A stretch of DNA of 64,000 nt from Cyanophora paradoxa CCMP329 (Eukaryota > Plantae > Glaucophyta): contig QPMI01000439.1 in NCBI GenBank assembly GCA_004431415.1, positions 310,001 through 374,000 of the forward strand, in the 5' to 3' direction. Under the pieces are notes generated by a model, which was not told where the DNA came from, ran no database searches, and saw only the letters and a program-made list of their open reading frames with translations. Numbering within the stretch: position 1 is the stretch's first letter; each line of letters begins with the position of its first letter. Of the stretch, positions 45,401-58,684 are shown one piece after another. Made by a program: the position numbers and the translations under genes.

Positions 45401-47520
45401 TGGGCCTTGCAGAGGCCGACGAGGGCCTTCAGGTTGAAGACGCGGTGCCCGGGGTCCACCGCCAGCGCCCGCGTGTACCCCTCCACCGCCTGCGGGGGGA
45501 GGGGGGGGGAGGAGGAGGAGAGGGGGAGATCAGAAGGGCGGGGCGGGGGGGGGGGGGGAAGGGGGGTAGGGCTCGCCTTGGGGGTCTGGCCCGAGGCCAG
45601 GGCGGCCTCCGCCTCCGAAAAGAACTTCTCCAGCTGCTTCACCTGAGGTGGAGGGGGGGGGAAGAAGTCAGGTCGGAGGTGGGAGGTGCGGGGGAGGGGG
45701 GGGGTGAGAGGGGGCGGGTTCACCTTCTTGTACTGGTCCCGAACCTGGTGGTGGTGGGCGGGGAGGGCGGGCGGGCGTGGGCGGGCGGGCGGTCAGGGCG
45801 TGGTGGGCGGCGGGGAGGGGGGCGAGCGGGGCCGGCCGGCCGGCCGGGGTGCGCGTCAACGCTTCATCATGTATCCCCCCGCACCTGTTTGTTGTCCGGG
45901 TCGAACTTCATTGCTTCCCGGTAGTGGCTGGGGTACAGGCTGTTGAGTGAAGTGCGCGGGGTACGGGGTATTTAGGGGGGTACGGCGCACTTCATGGCCG
46001 AGGAGTGCTCGCCCATGTAGTAGTACGCCTGCCGGGGGATAGAGCTGAGAGGCCGAGAAGGGGGGGGGGGGGAGGGCGGGCGGGGGTACGGGGCACCTTG
46101 CCGCGGACGAGGTACGCCCGCGTGTTGTCGGGCTCCGTCTTGATGGCACGCCTGCCGGGGCGGGCGTGAGGGCGGAGGCTAAGCTGAGGCTGAGAGGGCT
46201 GAAGGGGGCCAAGGGGGCCAGCCGCTAGATATCAAGAGCGGTCCAGATACTCGCTAGACCGAGGGCCTGCTGTTCAGCTCTGGGGTACGTAGGCGGGCCT
46301 CTAATCCACGTACCCCGCGTCGCGGATGACCTCCTGCCAGTCCTGCATCGCCGCGCTGCGCCGCCGTGAGAGGCGCTTGAGGGGGTACGCGATTCGCGCG
46401 CGGGGGGAGGGGTACGGCACCTGATGTCGGCGCGCATGAGCCGCAGCTCGGACGAGTCCGGTGCGGTCGCGAGGAGCTCCTCGAGCCGTTCCCGCGCGAA
46501 CGCGTGCTGCGAACGAAGCGTCGGGGACGTACCCCTTGGAAGTGGGGGGGGGGGGGGAACGAGGGGTACAAACCTGCCCGGACTGGATCGCTGCCCGGAT
46601 CTGAGCCAAGAGCTGCGTCGCGTGCGCCACCACTTGCAGCTGCGCATCGGATCGGATCGCGATTAGATCGAATCCGGGGCGGGCGGGCGGGCGGGCGGGG
46701 ACCGCTCGCCTTCTGCTGCGCGTCCGCCGAAGGCCTTAGCTTCAACAGCGCCTCGTAGTCCGCTTTGGCCTGCGCCGCCGCGGATCAAATGTGCGAATTC
46801 GAATTCGAAGGACGAAGATATCCGGGCGCGCGCGCCTGCTCGAAGTCGCCCTGAAGGGTGCCGATCTTCGCGCGCAGAGAAAGCGCCTGCGGGGCGGCTC
46901 AGGAGAAGCGCGGGGCGGAGAGCGGCGGGGTGGTGGCGGCTCGCCTGCGCCAGCGTCGGGTCCAGGCTCAAGGCCATGTTCAAGTCTCCGCGGGCCGGCT
47001 GCGCGGAGCGGGTAAGCAGAGGCGGGCGACCGTAGCGCTTATGCGAATACGAGGCCACGCGCCTTGTTCTTGCCCATCGTGAGATACGCGGTGCCGCGCT
47101 TGTAGTAGTCCATCGCATTCGCCTTCGGATCCAGGTCTGCGCGGAGCGGAGCGCTCGCCCACGCATACGAACATACCGCTCACGAGCACCGAACCCCGCA
47201 CCGATGGCGTTGCTGTAGTGGTTGATGGCGCCCTGGTAGTCGCCGCTGGTCGCGGCTACGTCGCCCTGGGATCTCCGCGCCGCAGCCGCAGCCGCATCTG
47301 CGGCGGCGCACGCACGTAAAAAGATTGAGGAGCCACTTCGCTGCACGCCGCGCGAGGCACAGGGCGTGGTACGGCGCTGCTGACGTAGGCAGTCTAGAAC
47401 GCGACGGGCTCGGGAGCGCCGGCGGTGCGCACCTTTCTCATCGGCTTGAACTACCGTCGCGGCGACGAAGAACAAGGCGACGAGGGCGAGCGCTGGAACA
47501 CACTTCGACCCGCGCGCCAT
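42465..47520 (-). CDS. DNAJC3: DnaJ homolog subfamily C member 3 / P58IPK (signal peptide, TPRs, J-domain)
   Basis: Signal peptide MARGSKCVPALALVALFFVAATVVQA; TPR-like exons; MSKRKDYYKILGV...YRKLALKWHPDK...FHDIAEAYEVLSDEEKRRRYDNGED; C-terminus GGQNMQFTFHFG*. Confidence 0.93.
44249..44360. repeat. Intronic 20-bp repeat ggcgctgtctagtcc(c/g)ctct x4
   Basis: Copies at ~44249, 44302, 44322 and 44342. Confidence 0.85.
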
Positions 47521-47744
47521 CCTCCTTGCGCCGCCGCCCGACCCGTAAGTGCTCTCGCGCGTCGCGCCGCAAGGCCTTCGATGCACGGGTTTGTTCAGCC
47601 GGCGCCGAACTCGGCGGAACTTGTTCTTATTGACGTACCCCACCTCCACACGCTGTTTTCGGCACTTCGCTCCCTCTCGCCACAGCAACCCAGCGAGCAC
47701 CGCGGCGCATCCGGCGAGCGTATTAGCAGCAAAACCACACAGAG

Positions 47745-48823
47745 ATGCCAGGCCTGGACGTCGGCGCAGACCGCATCTATTGCGCGGAGCAGATAGTGAT
47801 CCCGCAGGACCTTGGCGACATCCTGAAGGCGTATTCAAAGGCAGTGATCCGACAGGCACCCGAGGACCTGCTGTCCTTCTCCCGAGAGTGCGCCGCGACG
47901 CAGAAGAGCGGCGTGCCCAACCCTGCCTGACGCCTGCTCGCAGCTACTTTGCGAACCTTGCCAACCTGCCGCTAGGTACCTCAGGCCGCCTCGCCAGGCC
48001 ATAGCTCCCGCAGCTAACGCCCCCGCAGTCAAGTCTGCCCAGCTCACGCCCCAGATGCTCGCCGACCTGCGGGAGCATGTGCGCCGCCCGGTGGCAGCGC
48101 CAGCCGCTCTAGCTAAGCCCGCCGGCGCAGCTGGAGCGCATCGCGGACCCGGCGCGGCTCGGGCCCTCGGGCTACGGCCTCGTCCGCGTCGCCTCCATCC
48201 AGCAGACCTGCGCGACCCTCAAGATCCCCCAGGAGATGGTCGACAAGGTCGTCAGGTGCGCTTGCTTCCGCGCCGCTCGTCTCTTCGGCGGCGGCGCAGC
48301 CTTCCGACCGCCCGCGCAGCCTTGGGGAGTTCGCTGAGGAGGTCGACCTGTCGGCGCGCCCGCCCTCCTTTCCTTTCCCCCCCTTCCGTTCCTTTCCCCG
48401 CGCGCCGCTGACGCACCCCGCAGGAATTCATCGTCCTTATGTTCACTATCATGTCCCAGGTCGGTTTTCCGAGCACCCGCACCGGTCTCGCTCCTTCTCC
48501 CGTGGCTTAGAGACCGCGCGCGCCGCAGGACATCCAGCAAGTCATCGAGTTCATCTTCGACGTTTTCCAGGACGGGATGGGCACGATGCCCACGCAGCGC
48601 TTCCTAGCGCTCTTCTCCCACATCGCCGCCCGCGACACGAACATCGGCCTCGACTTCGTAGGCGCCCTCGCCCAGCAGATCGCCACCGAGTCGTGCGCTT
48701 AATTCCTCTCTCTTTCCCGTCGCCCCGCGTAGCGTAGCGTACCCCTCCTCACGCCTTCTTTCCCGCAGGGTCACTTTCACGTCCCTGTTGCAAATCCCCG
48801 AGTTCCAGAGGATCGTCCGGTGA
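47745..48823 (+). CDS. ROPN1L: Ropporin-1-like / radial spoke protein 11 (RIIa dimerisation-docking domain)
   Basis: RIYCAEQIVIPQDLGDILKAYSKAVIRQAPEDLLSFSRDYFANL followed by the expected helical C-terminal exons. Confidence 0.85.
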
Positions 48824-49387
48824 AGAGGATAGCGTAGGGGTGCTTCTTCAGATCTATTTGTACAGTACGAGCGTATTCTTTCCTCACGCCCGCGCTGGAG
48901 GGGGCGGGGGCGACGTGGGCGGGGCCGGCGGGCGCGCGGGGGGCGGCCGCGGGTCCGCGTAGCGGCTTGGAAACGTTAACAGCCTGGCAGGAACTTGGAA
49001 TTCGAAGGCGTGCATGCGGGCCGGGCAGCTGCAGGCTTTGCACTTGGGTACATGCATCTAGCTATATATAGATCTGCAGGGCCGGCCGGGCGCGGCGCGG
49101 AGAGATATCTAGAGGTCTCAATTCAATGATTTGCAAACGAGTACATTGTTACATATGTTCTTAGTAGAGTATACCTACGATTACGTTAAAGAAAACCATA
49201 CCTACTTCTCTTTTTCTTCCAAAATGCGAATGGCGAGCGATATCGATGCGCGAACACTTGAACAAAAGACCGGGAGCATGCAGAGCCGCGAGCCCTGGCA
49301 GGGAAAGGCGCCCCCCCGGCTGGGGCTCCTTGGAGCGGGGTACGGGGGAAGAAAGAGGGGAGGAGCGTAGGAGGGGCGGCGGGGTAC

Positions 49388-52300
49388 TCAGCGCTTGGCG
49401 TCGCCTGCCGCGGCGGCCCGCGGGCTGAGTTTGGCGTCCGCGGTGACGCTGGTACCCCCCGCCAGGGCATCCTGCTTCGCGACGGGAGCCGCGCCGTTCG
49501 CGATCGCGAGGGGCGCCGCCGCCGGTTTCGCCGGCTCCGGCGCCGGCGCGTTCAGGATCGTCTGCGGGGGTACGGGTTACTTCCAGGTGGCCTTCCGGCC
49601 CCCTCCGCGCCACCCACCCCCAGCGCACCTCCACGGTGGGGGGTAGGCGCTTCTTTCCCATCTGCATGACCGCCCGCGTCGCCGCTTCCAGCTGCGCGAT
49701 GTCTGCCGCGCCCCGCCCCGCCGCGTCAGACTCCGCTGTACCCCGCTGAACGAAGTAAAGACGATGGGGGCGTACACGTGTTCTTGGGGAAGTCGGCCGA
49801 GTCGGCCCCGAAGGGGTTGATGAGCATCGAGCTGCGGGGGGCGGGCGGGCGGGCGTCAGATGCAGCCCCCCAAGTCCCCCTCCACGACACTGGAATGGGC
49901 GTCGGCCGCCGCTGCCCTTGGAGGGGAGCGGAGGGCTCGGGAGCCCCGTCCCATTAGATTATTATCCTCTGGGCGCCCTCTTACTAGCTCTGCTCGCACA
50001 GGACCGGGGCGCACTGCATGTTCAGGAGCGCGGAGTAGATCATCTGAGCCGGGCGGGCGGAGCAGGTCAGACGGGCGCGCGCGCTCCGGGGTCCGGGAAG
50101 GAAGGAGGAGAGAGGGAGGGTGCAGGAAGTCATGGGGGAGAGGGGAGGGAAGCAAGGAAGGGGCCTCGCGCCTGGTTGAAGAACATCTATGTGTGTATCT
50201 ATGTGTCTAACTCCCTCGAAACTTATATATATAGGACCCCAGCTAGCCAGCCAGCCTCGGACCTGGTTGAAGAACATCTAACGTATCCATGTATCTAACT
50301 CCCTCGAAACTTAGATAGCGACTAATATAAAGCAAGGACCCATCTATGCATCCATCTAATCTGTCAAGGTCTAATCTGGAAGGGGCCTAGGCCTGGCAAT
50401 GGGCCTAGCCCTCGGACCTGGTTGAAGAACATCCAGACGTAGCCGAAAAAGATGCGCTCCCAGTTGCGCGGGTCCGCGTTCCTGGGCAACGGGGGCGGGG
50501 GGCGGCGGTCGGTCAGCTCAGCTCAGCTTCGGCCGCTACTTATGTATCTTTCCAGCTATCCATAGATAGATCTTTCGACCTATTCTTTCCGGGGGAGGGC
50601 GCACAGGCCGTCGCCGATTGCGGCGGAGGAGTAGATGAGGACGAAGAGGAGGTGCAGGTTCGTCAGCACCGTCTGTGAAGGGGGGCGTGAGTGAGAGGGG
50701 GAGGGGGGGGGGAGGGAGGGGGGGGGAGGGGCGTACGAGGAGGTGGACGTAGGAGTAAGGGACCTGCCGGGGGCGGAGTTCGAGGGTGAGCAATGGATAG
50801 ATAGATTAGATAGATACTTAGAGTTAGTTAGTTAGTTAGATAGATAGATAGTAAGATAGATAGGTAGATATAGCTGGCGCGGGCAAGGGCAATAGGAGGG
50901 AGCGGAGGTGCGGGCAATCTAATAAGGGCCGAGCTGGCACTTTACGTAGGCCTAATCCAATAAGGACTAATAAGACCAATCTAATAAGAAATAGCGTAAT
51001 CTGATAAGACTAATCTAATGAGGGCCGACCTGGCACTTGACGTACGCCATGATCTCGTCCACCGCGTTCCGCATCGCAATCAGCTCGCCTGCGACGCAGC
51101 GTCAGCGCGATCGGATCGGATCGGCGTCCGCGGCTTAGGCGACGGCTTAGGACGATTATCCGGGACGGGGGGGTGTGAGGGGGGGGAGGGGGAGAGGGGG
51201 AGGGGGAGAGGGGGGAGGGGGAGGGGGGCAAGGGGGGTACGTAGCGGCGCACCGTTCATGTGCGCGCCGCAGTTCGACTGGCCGACGAGCAGGCGCCCGG
51301 ACTGGCCGACCTTCCGAAGCTGGTGGGGGAGAGGTTAAATCAGGGGGGAGGGGGGAGAGAATTCAGGGGGGGTACGGGAGCGCGGACCGCGTAGGAAATC
51401 CACGTGTAGACTTGCGCGGTGGGGTTCTCGGTCTGGGGGGGTACGGGGCGGGGCGCGGGGTCGGCGGGGGCAGGGGCCGGCGGGGAGGGACGTGGGAGCG
51501 AGCGCGGGGGCGATGCGCTGGAAGGTGGGGGGAAGCCTAGGAACGGAGACCTAAGCCTAGTAGCAGGGAAACAAAGGGCGGTCTGGGCGCGGGAACGGCG
51601 GGGCCGGAAGGGCGCGGGAGCGAGTCCGCGGGCGACCTAACCGCGGAACGGAGTGCGGGCAGACACAGGAGGAACACCCGACCGGGGCCGCTCAGCCCCG
51701 GGGGCATAGGCGCGCAGGAGACCTAGGCCTAGCAGGGCCCGGAGAGGGAAACAAATGCTTGGGGGGGGGGGGGGGGTACGGGGCACCTCGAGCAGGGCCT
51801 CCTCCTCCTCGTCCGTGACGAGGCGCAGCTGCTTCAGATCTGAGTAGTCCTCCAGATCGTCGTCCGCCATCTGAGGTCGGGTCGGATCAGATCAGATGAG
51901 AACAGAGTTCAACCAAGAGCGCGGTGTCTTTGGGACTGGGGAGGAAGGGGCGGGTGCGATAGGGCGGGGCGGGGCGGGGCGGGGCGGGGGGTACGCGCGC
52001 GCCTTGAACACGAGGCGGAAGGCGAGGTTGAACCAGCGGAGCATGTGCCGCCGCACGCGGTCCGTCTCCGCGTCCTCGATCACAGCGTACGACTGGAAGA
52101 GCATGCACTGTTTCGAGCGTTGGTCGGGGGGGGAGGGCGGGCGGGGCGTTGGTTAGTTAGCTCGGCCAGGGGATGGGGGGCGAGGTGATGGGGGGACGTT
52201 GAATTCGACTGCCGGCCGCCGCTCGCTCTGCTTGGAGGGATGGGGGTACGCGAAACGCACGATGGTAACCGACTTGCCCATGACGTGCTGCAGCCGCTCG

Positions 52301-53359
52301 CGGGTTGCCCACCAGCGGTTGAGCGTTACCTGTCGGACCGGGGGGCGGGCGGATCGGCGCGGTGCGGGTTGAGGGGTACGCGGTTCGCACCGTGACGAAG
52401 AAACCGAGCAGGAAGGATACCAGCTGCGAGAACTGGAGCCAGGTCGTCTCGGGGCTGCGGGGAGGGGTACGCGAGCGTGAGCGGCGGGTGGGGTACGCGG
52501 AAGCGCTCTTCGTTCCCCCTTCCGCGGCGGGGCGCGCCTGATAGGTATACAGTTGTTCGTCTCAATGTTGTCGCTGTCGCGCTTGCACGTGTGGACTGCC
52601 GCGGCGGCGTCAACGGCGGCGCGGCGCGGTGCGGCGCGGGGCTTTGCGGAGCGCACGGGCGATGGCCGTCGTGATACCCGACATGATGAGGGCACGCAGG
52701 ATCGTGTATCGCGAGACCGCTGTACCCTGCGGCGGCGGCGGCGCGCGGCTCAGACGCGAAGCAAGCGGGGGTACGGGGCGCGGGTGCGCGGGGAGAGGGG
52801 CGCCGGGGGGAAGAGGGGCGGGGCGCGCCTTCCACAGCAACAGGAAACCCCTGCGGCGCAGGTTGGGATCAAGGAGGCGGGGCTGGGGCGGGGGCGGGAG
52901 GCGCACCAGTTCGCGAGCTTGGGTACGTCGTACTTCAGAATCTGGGTGCGCTGCCCGCCGTTGTCGTAGTCCCAGTCGATGTGCGCTCCGGAGAAGAGGT
53001 CGCGGAGGACGTTTGGCCTGCGGCGCGCTCAGGCGCTGCGGCGGCGGCGGCCGGCGGGGCGGGCGGGCGCGGCGCTCACTTCGGCTTCTCGCGCTTCGAT
53101 TCAGCCGCCGTGCCGAACCTGCGGCCCGGGGCGCACGCACGCACATCGGGCGCGGGCAGCGGCGGCGGCGGGGCGGAAGGGCGCACGCTCGGGACGTCAT
53201 GCTGCCCCTCGAAAGCGCGCTCGGAATGCGCGGTGCGCTCTGCCTCCTGCCCCCGGCATCCGCAAGCGGCTGCTCGGGCCCCTGGTCGTTGTTCTCTACA
53301 GAGGTGTCCTCAAGCGGCGTAGAGTCGGCGTTCTCGACCCTGCAGCCGCGCGCGCTCAT
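49388..53359 (-). CDS. Bestrophin-family anion channel
   Basis: ISFLLGFFV, VTLNRWW, RRHMLRWFNLA, QVPYSYVHLL, LINPFGADSADFP. Confidence 0.85.
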
Positions 53360-53946
53360 CGGCGTCGGTTGGAAGCGGATCCTCGTTGTTAAAGTGCGGA
53401 GGAAGCGCTCAGGGCCAAAGCTACACGCCGCACCAGGAGACCGCCGGCGCTGTGGGCAGCTTGAGCTCTGCAGCGCGCACGGGCGGGTCAGCCTAGGCGC
53501 GGCAGGGGATACGAGCTGAATATTAGGCAGATATGTCGAATCAATTCTGTTTGGAACGGTCTGACTACTCGCCTGCTATGTCCACTCGCCGCCCTCCCGC
53601 CTTCTTCTTTCGCTGAGACGTAGATCCCGAGTCAGGCGGAGCATCCGGTGTCTCCTCGTACTTGCTAGCACTGCCCGAGGCGCTGCCCGGCGGCCAGGTA
53701 ACCATGAAGGCGGCGGTCAGGCTAAATTCGCCGCTCGGCCTTCCGAACAACAACACGGCGCAGGGGCCAGTCAGGTCAAAAAGTTATGAGGCTCGTATCC
53801 CTGAGCTGGAAAGGCCGTTCTTTGTGCGAGGCGCTCGCTGCTCTGCGAAGCGGTCGAAAGCGCTCGCGAGGGGTACAAGTGATACAAGTGAGAATTCAGG
53901 TGGGCCGAGAAGCGGCCGTGTAGATTCGAGTGCGCGAACGATATCG

Positions 53947-56244
53947 ATGAGTTGGTGGAACCCTTTCGGTGGCGCCCCAGAGCCCCCCGTTCCGGGCGTG
54001 CCAGTCGGCTTCGCCGTCAACCAGGGCCCGCCACCACCATATGGCGCTGCGCCCACCGTCCACTACGTTCGTCCTGTATCTCGTATTCCTTCTTGATGAA
54101 TCGTGACTGGGCTCTCACAGCCCACGGCCTACGGCGCTGCCCCTCCCGCCTACGGGCCGCCGGCACACGCTCCTGTGCCGCATGCGGCACCCGCGCCGCC
54201 TGCAGCGCCTGGTAACGTGACGAAGAAAGCGCTCCTCATCGGTGCGTGCTGCTTAGCTAAAGTGATTCCTGCGTTCTTCGTGCTCGTCCGCTCAGCTAAG
54301 GTTCGGCGGCACAGGGATCAACTACCTGCGGTCCGTCCCTCGTGAAGGTTTGTTACGCGAGCTCGCCATCGCTGACGCGTATGCACGTGAGCGCAGCACG
54401 CCTGAGTGCCGCCTGAGCGGGTGCGCCTTCTGACTTCGCTCGGCCGCATCCCCCTTCACAGCCCAATGACAACTGCGCGCTGCCGCCGCTGCCGCAGGTG
54501 TATTAACGACGTGAACTGTATGAAATACCTCTTGATGACCAAGTACAAGTACGAGGAGCGCAATATACTGGTCTGTGGCGCAGCGTTGCGGGCTGCAGGC
54601 GTCGCTCCGGCCGCCCCTGACGCGCTGCGCTGCGCGCAGTGCATGACCGACGACCAGAGCGACCCTCTGAAGCAACCTACGCGCCACAACATCGTGCAGG
54701 GTGCGCAACTCTCGCCCCGCGCCAGCCACGTCACCCAGCACGCTGAGCACCCTGCGCCGCCCTCCCGCGCTCCCGGGCAGGCATGCGCTGGCTCGTCATG
54801 GTGATCCGGCGCTGTCGCGTTTCGCCCGTCGTATGGGCGAGCTAACCCGGCGCTTCTCTCAGGGTACCAAGGCGAACGACACGCTGTTTTTCCAGGTGCC
54901 TATTACTAGCTCATGGCCTCGCGAGCGCCCCTACGGAATGGCAACCAACCCGCGTCCCTCGCGTCCTCGCGCTCCCTTAGTTCTCGGGACACGGCTCCCA
55001 AGTCCGCGACCACAGCGGCGACGAGGCCGACGGCATGGACGAGACCATCCTCCCGTGCGATTTCAAGCAGGTGTACCCCCTTCACCACCTTTTCTTCTTT
55101 TACTGAGCGCTTCGCTGAGCCGCGGGTCGCCTCGCCTCGCCCCCGCTTCTGCAGGCCGGACAAATTACGGACGACGAGATCTACCAGCTCCTCTGCAGGC
55201 CCCTTCCCTACGGCTCGCCCCCTACCCCTCCCCATTCCCTCCCTCCGCATGTACCCCCTGCCGCCCTGACGGCGCGCGTACCCCTCGCTCCTCCCTTCAG
55301 GCGTTCGGCTCACAGCGGTGGCGCGTCCGCATCCTCTCCGGCCCCCCGCCCGCCCCCGCGCCCTTCGTACCCGCCCTGAATCGCCGTACCCCAGATGGAC
55401 TGCTGCCACTCCGGCACGGGCTTCGATTTGCCGTACACGCACAGCCTCAATTTCTTCGGACAGGTGGGCCGTGCTCAGTGGCGGCGGGCGACGCCCTCGC
55501 GCGCCCCTCGGTCGCCTGACGCGGCGCCCCCGCAGCTCTCAACGACGACGGAACCCATGCAGCCCAACTGGTGCTGCCAGGTACCCCCCTTCCGTGCCGC
55601 GCCTTACCCCCCGCACGCGCCGCTTACCGACCGCCTCCTCCCCCTCCCCTACGGAACAACAAGGGCGCCTGCGTCTTGATTTCGGGTCCGGCCCGCCCTG
55701 CCCCTGCCACCGCCCCGTGGCCATGCCGAGCTGCGCCGAGCTAATTTCTACCCCCCTTCACCCCTCCCCCCCCCTCCCCTTTCCGTCCCGCAGGGTGCAT
55801 GGATAGCCAAACGAGCGCCGACACGAGTGCCCTTGCGGGCGGCGTCTCCACGGGCGCCTGCTCGTTCTCCCTTATCAAGGCCCGTTCCCGAAATAGAAGA
55901 GGGAGATCGTTCCCCTGGGGACTGATCCCGGTCGAACGATCGCGTGTACCCCCGCAGGCCATCGAAACTTCGTTCGCCCAGAAGACGACGCTGACGTACG
56001 GCCAGCTAGTCGTCTCCATGCTGAACGGTGCGCATGGGCGAGCGAGCCGGACCCGCAACGATCCGGCTAGCAATTGGAGGCGCAGCGGCCTTACCGGCTG
56101 TTGCGCAGTTCTCCGCAGCGCCCCGCAGAAGTACAAGCAGACGCCCCAACTGTCATCAACCTGGTAACCCCCCTTCCCTCTGCCTTTCGCCGCTGCCTTT
56201 CACCGGAGCGCAGGCCCTGCCTGAACGACCCCATCATTATTTAG
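53947..56244 (+). CDS. Type I metacaspase with Pro-rich prodomain
   Basis: KKALLIGINY, CINDV, LFFQFSGHGSQ (His), DEADGMDETILPCDF, MDCCHSGT (Cys), GCMDSQTSAD, QTPQLSS. Confidence 0.95.
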
Positions 56245-56671
56245 CCGTGAGGCCTTCCAATTTGCTGCTCTGCGGTGCCCCTCATACGAATGGCCAGGCG
56301 TGTGGACCTCGAATTCGGAACCGACTTGAACCGAGCTCAGCCGCAGGCGCTCGAGTTTGATTGCCACTGGAACAGTGGCCTAGTGTTGTGAATGAACCGT
56401 GTACCTAATGTGAATGTGAATGATCGCCCACAGTGCACATGCGCGAGCACGCGAAGCCGCCGGGCCCGCCGGCCGGGGCAAGAGCCTTCCGCAGCGTGTT
56501 TTTCGCTTAAACAAAAAACTCAAGAAAGGAAAATAGCGATCTATCAGCAAGCTGCACAGAGAATACAGTCAAAAAACCTATCAACCAACAAGTATCGTCG
56601 TTCTCCCGGTGAGCAGTCGTGGAAAAGCGCCCGCCGGGACATGGGGCTGGTCGCCGGCGAAGAAAAGACAA

Positions 56672-57736
56672 TTACGCCTCGCGAGCAATAGCCTTTTCCG
56701 CCTGCAGAGAGCTTCAGAACTAAGCGGCAAAGACAAGAACAAGAAGAAGAAGATCGGTCACCTGCTGGAAGAGCTGCTGCACGCGCGCCTTGAGCTTCTT
56801 GGGCAGGGGACGGTTCGGGCCGTAGTTGTTGTAGTGACCGGCAAGAGAGTTCACGATGGTGCTCATGGTGGAGAAGGACGCGCGGGCGAGCGCCTGCGCG
56901 CGAGGGTCATCAGCGAGTGTGGCCCGCTAAGACATCGATCGCCCCCGCGCTCTCTCGGACGGCTAAGCGTAGCTAAGAACGTGGCAGCGATCTCCGGCGC
57001 GCAGAGTGTCAACGCGATGCGCGGAATGCACCTTCTCATCGCGGCGGTACCGCGAGGCGTAGTCATTCATGAGCTTGCGCGTCTTGGCAATCTTGTCCTG
57101 GTCGAGGCCAGCCTCAACGGTGGTCTGCATCCAGTAGAGCATGCCTGCGCCGCACGCACATGTCAGCCGTGACGGCACTCAGCGCAATGGAGTGGCGGGC
57201 GGCTAGGAGCGGGAGGCGCGGTCCCGTTGTTTTCGGATCGTGGAAGTCATTCTAATGACGAGCCCCTGGCATGGAGGGCGCCTACCCCGGAAGCGGGTCC
57301 CCGCACGTGCGCACCACGGGTGTCCTCGATGTAGTCACGGCCCTTGATCTCAAAATCAGTTCCGTAGACCTTGCCAGTCGGAGCCGCGGCCTCGTCGTCG
57401 TCGGCCCGGACGGCGGACGGGGCGATGGAGAAGCCCGCGGTGGCGGCGGCCAGCGCGAAGGCCTGGAGCATGCTACGCCGGCTCACGCCCTCCTCTGTAC
57501 GTTCCTAGACGTGAGATCGGAGTTTCGAACGTCGTCTGCGGTTGGCGAGACTCACCCTGCTGCGCCCGGACCTCGAAGTGCACGGGGGACGCTTCGAAGG
57601 CACGCGACGAGGTGGGTCGGAAGGCGCCCAGCTGGGCGGGAGCGGCCTTCTGCACGAACTGGCTGCACAGCGGAGACCGGACGTCCGGCGTCGCGGGCGC
57701 GCGGAGGGCGACGGCGGCTGTGCAGGTGAAAGCCAT
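56672..57736 (-). CDS. psb27: Photosystem II assembly factor Psb27 with bipartite transit peptide
   Basis: MAFTCTAAVALRAP transit peptide, twin-Arg SRRSMLQAFALAAA...AVRA, DYIEDT, MNDYASRYRR, VNSLAGHYNNYGPNRPLPKKLKAR, AEKAIAREA*. Confidence 0.92.
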
Positions 57737-58684
57737 GTCTGCGATCGGTGCTGCTGTCCGAGAACACTGCGTTGGGAGCGTCCCAGTAAGAGTGAGGCGA
57801 CGACTGGGAGAGGCACGCGGCTCACCTGCAATCACGCTTCCCACCTGGGTAACGAATTTCGCGACCGTTGCTAACTGGCCGAATTTGATCGATGCGTCCT
57901 TGCGGCTGCCAGCTAGCGCTGCATACCTAGACTGACGCGTACGTGCACGTGATCATGAGTTCTCGATTGCGAGCTAGCGTTCGGCGCGGCGCGCGGGCCC
58001 GGGGGATCCGGATATCGATCCTCTGGGCCCGGCGCGCGCGGCGGCCATCGATACTGCAGCTGCGCCGGCGACTCCGAGGCTCGGCGATGATCGGATCGCG
58101 ATATCATAGTATGCGAACTCTTTGTGATGCCATGATGACCCGTAGCCCAGGCGCCGGCCACGAAGCCACGCGTACGCGCACCCCTAGGCCTAGGCCTGCC
58201 CGTGTTCGAGCTCCGCTAGTCACTAGCTATATTACTGATCATGATTAGTCCTCGGTCCGCCCCCGGAGGCCGCCGGGCCGTTGTGCAGGCGAAGCTCGGA
58301 TCGGGAAATCAATATTAATTCACGTGGAATGCCAGCCTAACGTATTACTAAAGGTACACTGTAAAACAAAATCGGATAGGATAGAAATTCTGCATGATAT
58401 GGAACCAACCTGCTAGACAGAAGGGGGGCCAAAATGCATCACGATGCCAGGAAAATACATTCACAGTCTGGACGGATGCCAATATCGATCTGCCGGAAAC
58501 GCTGTCTCTAAATAATCAGCAAGAATACGATTGTATGCTATCGTACAGTTGATATCTCGCACTGCATGGGCGGCTCAAAATTGACTCGTGATTGGACGAG
58601 ATTACCTCCCTAGGCTAAAAAAGACAGCGCTAGTGGAGGAAGTAGGTTTTAGCTACAGGAGGATAAGAAGGCGCCGGGCTGGCT

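Noticed and set aside
36628-56244. A co-regulated cell-death cluster (TIR fusion, P58IPK, bestrophin, metacaspase)
   Set aside because: The genes are interspersed with unrelated housekeeping and flagellar genes and differ in composition; proximity alone is not evidence in a eukaryote.
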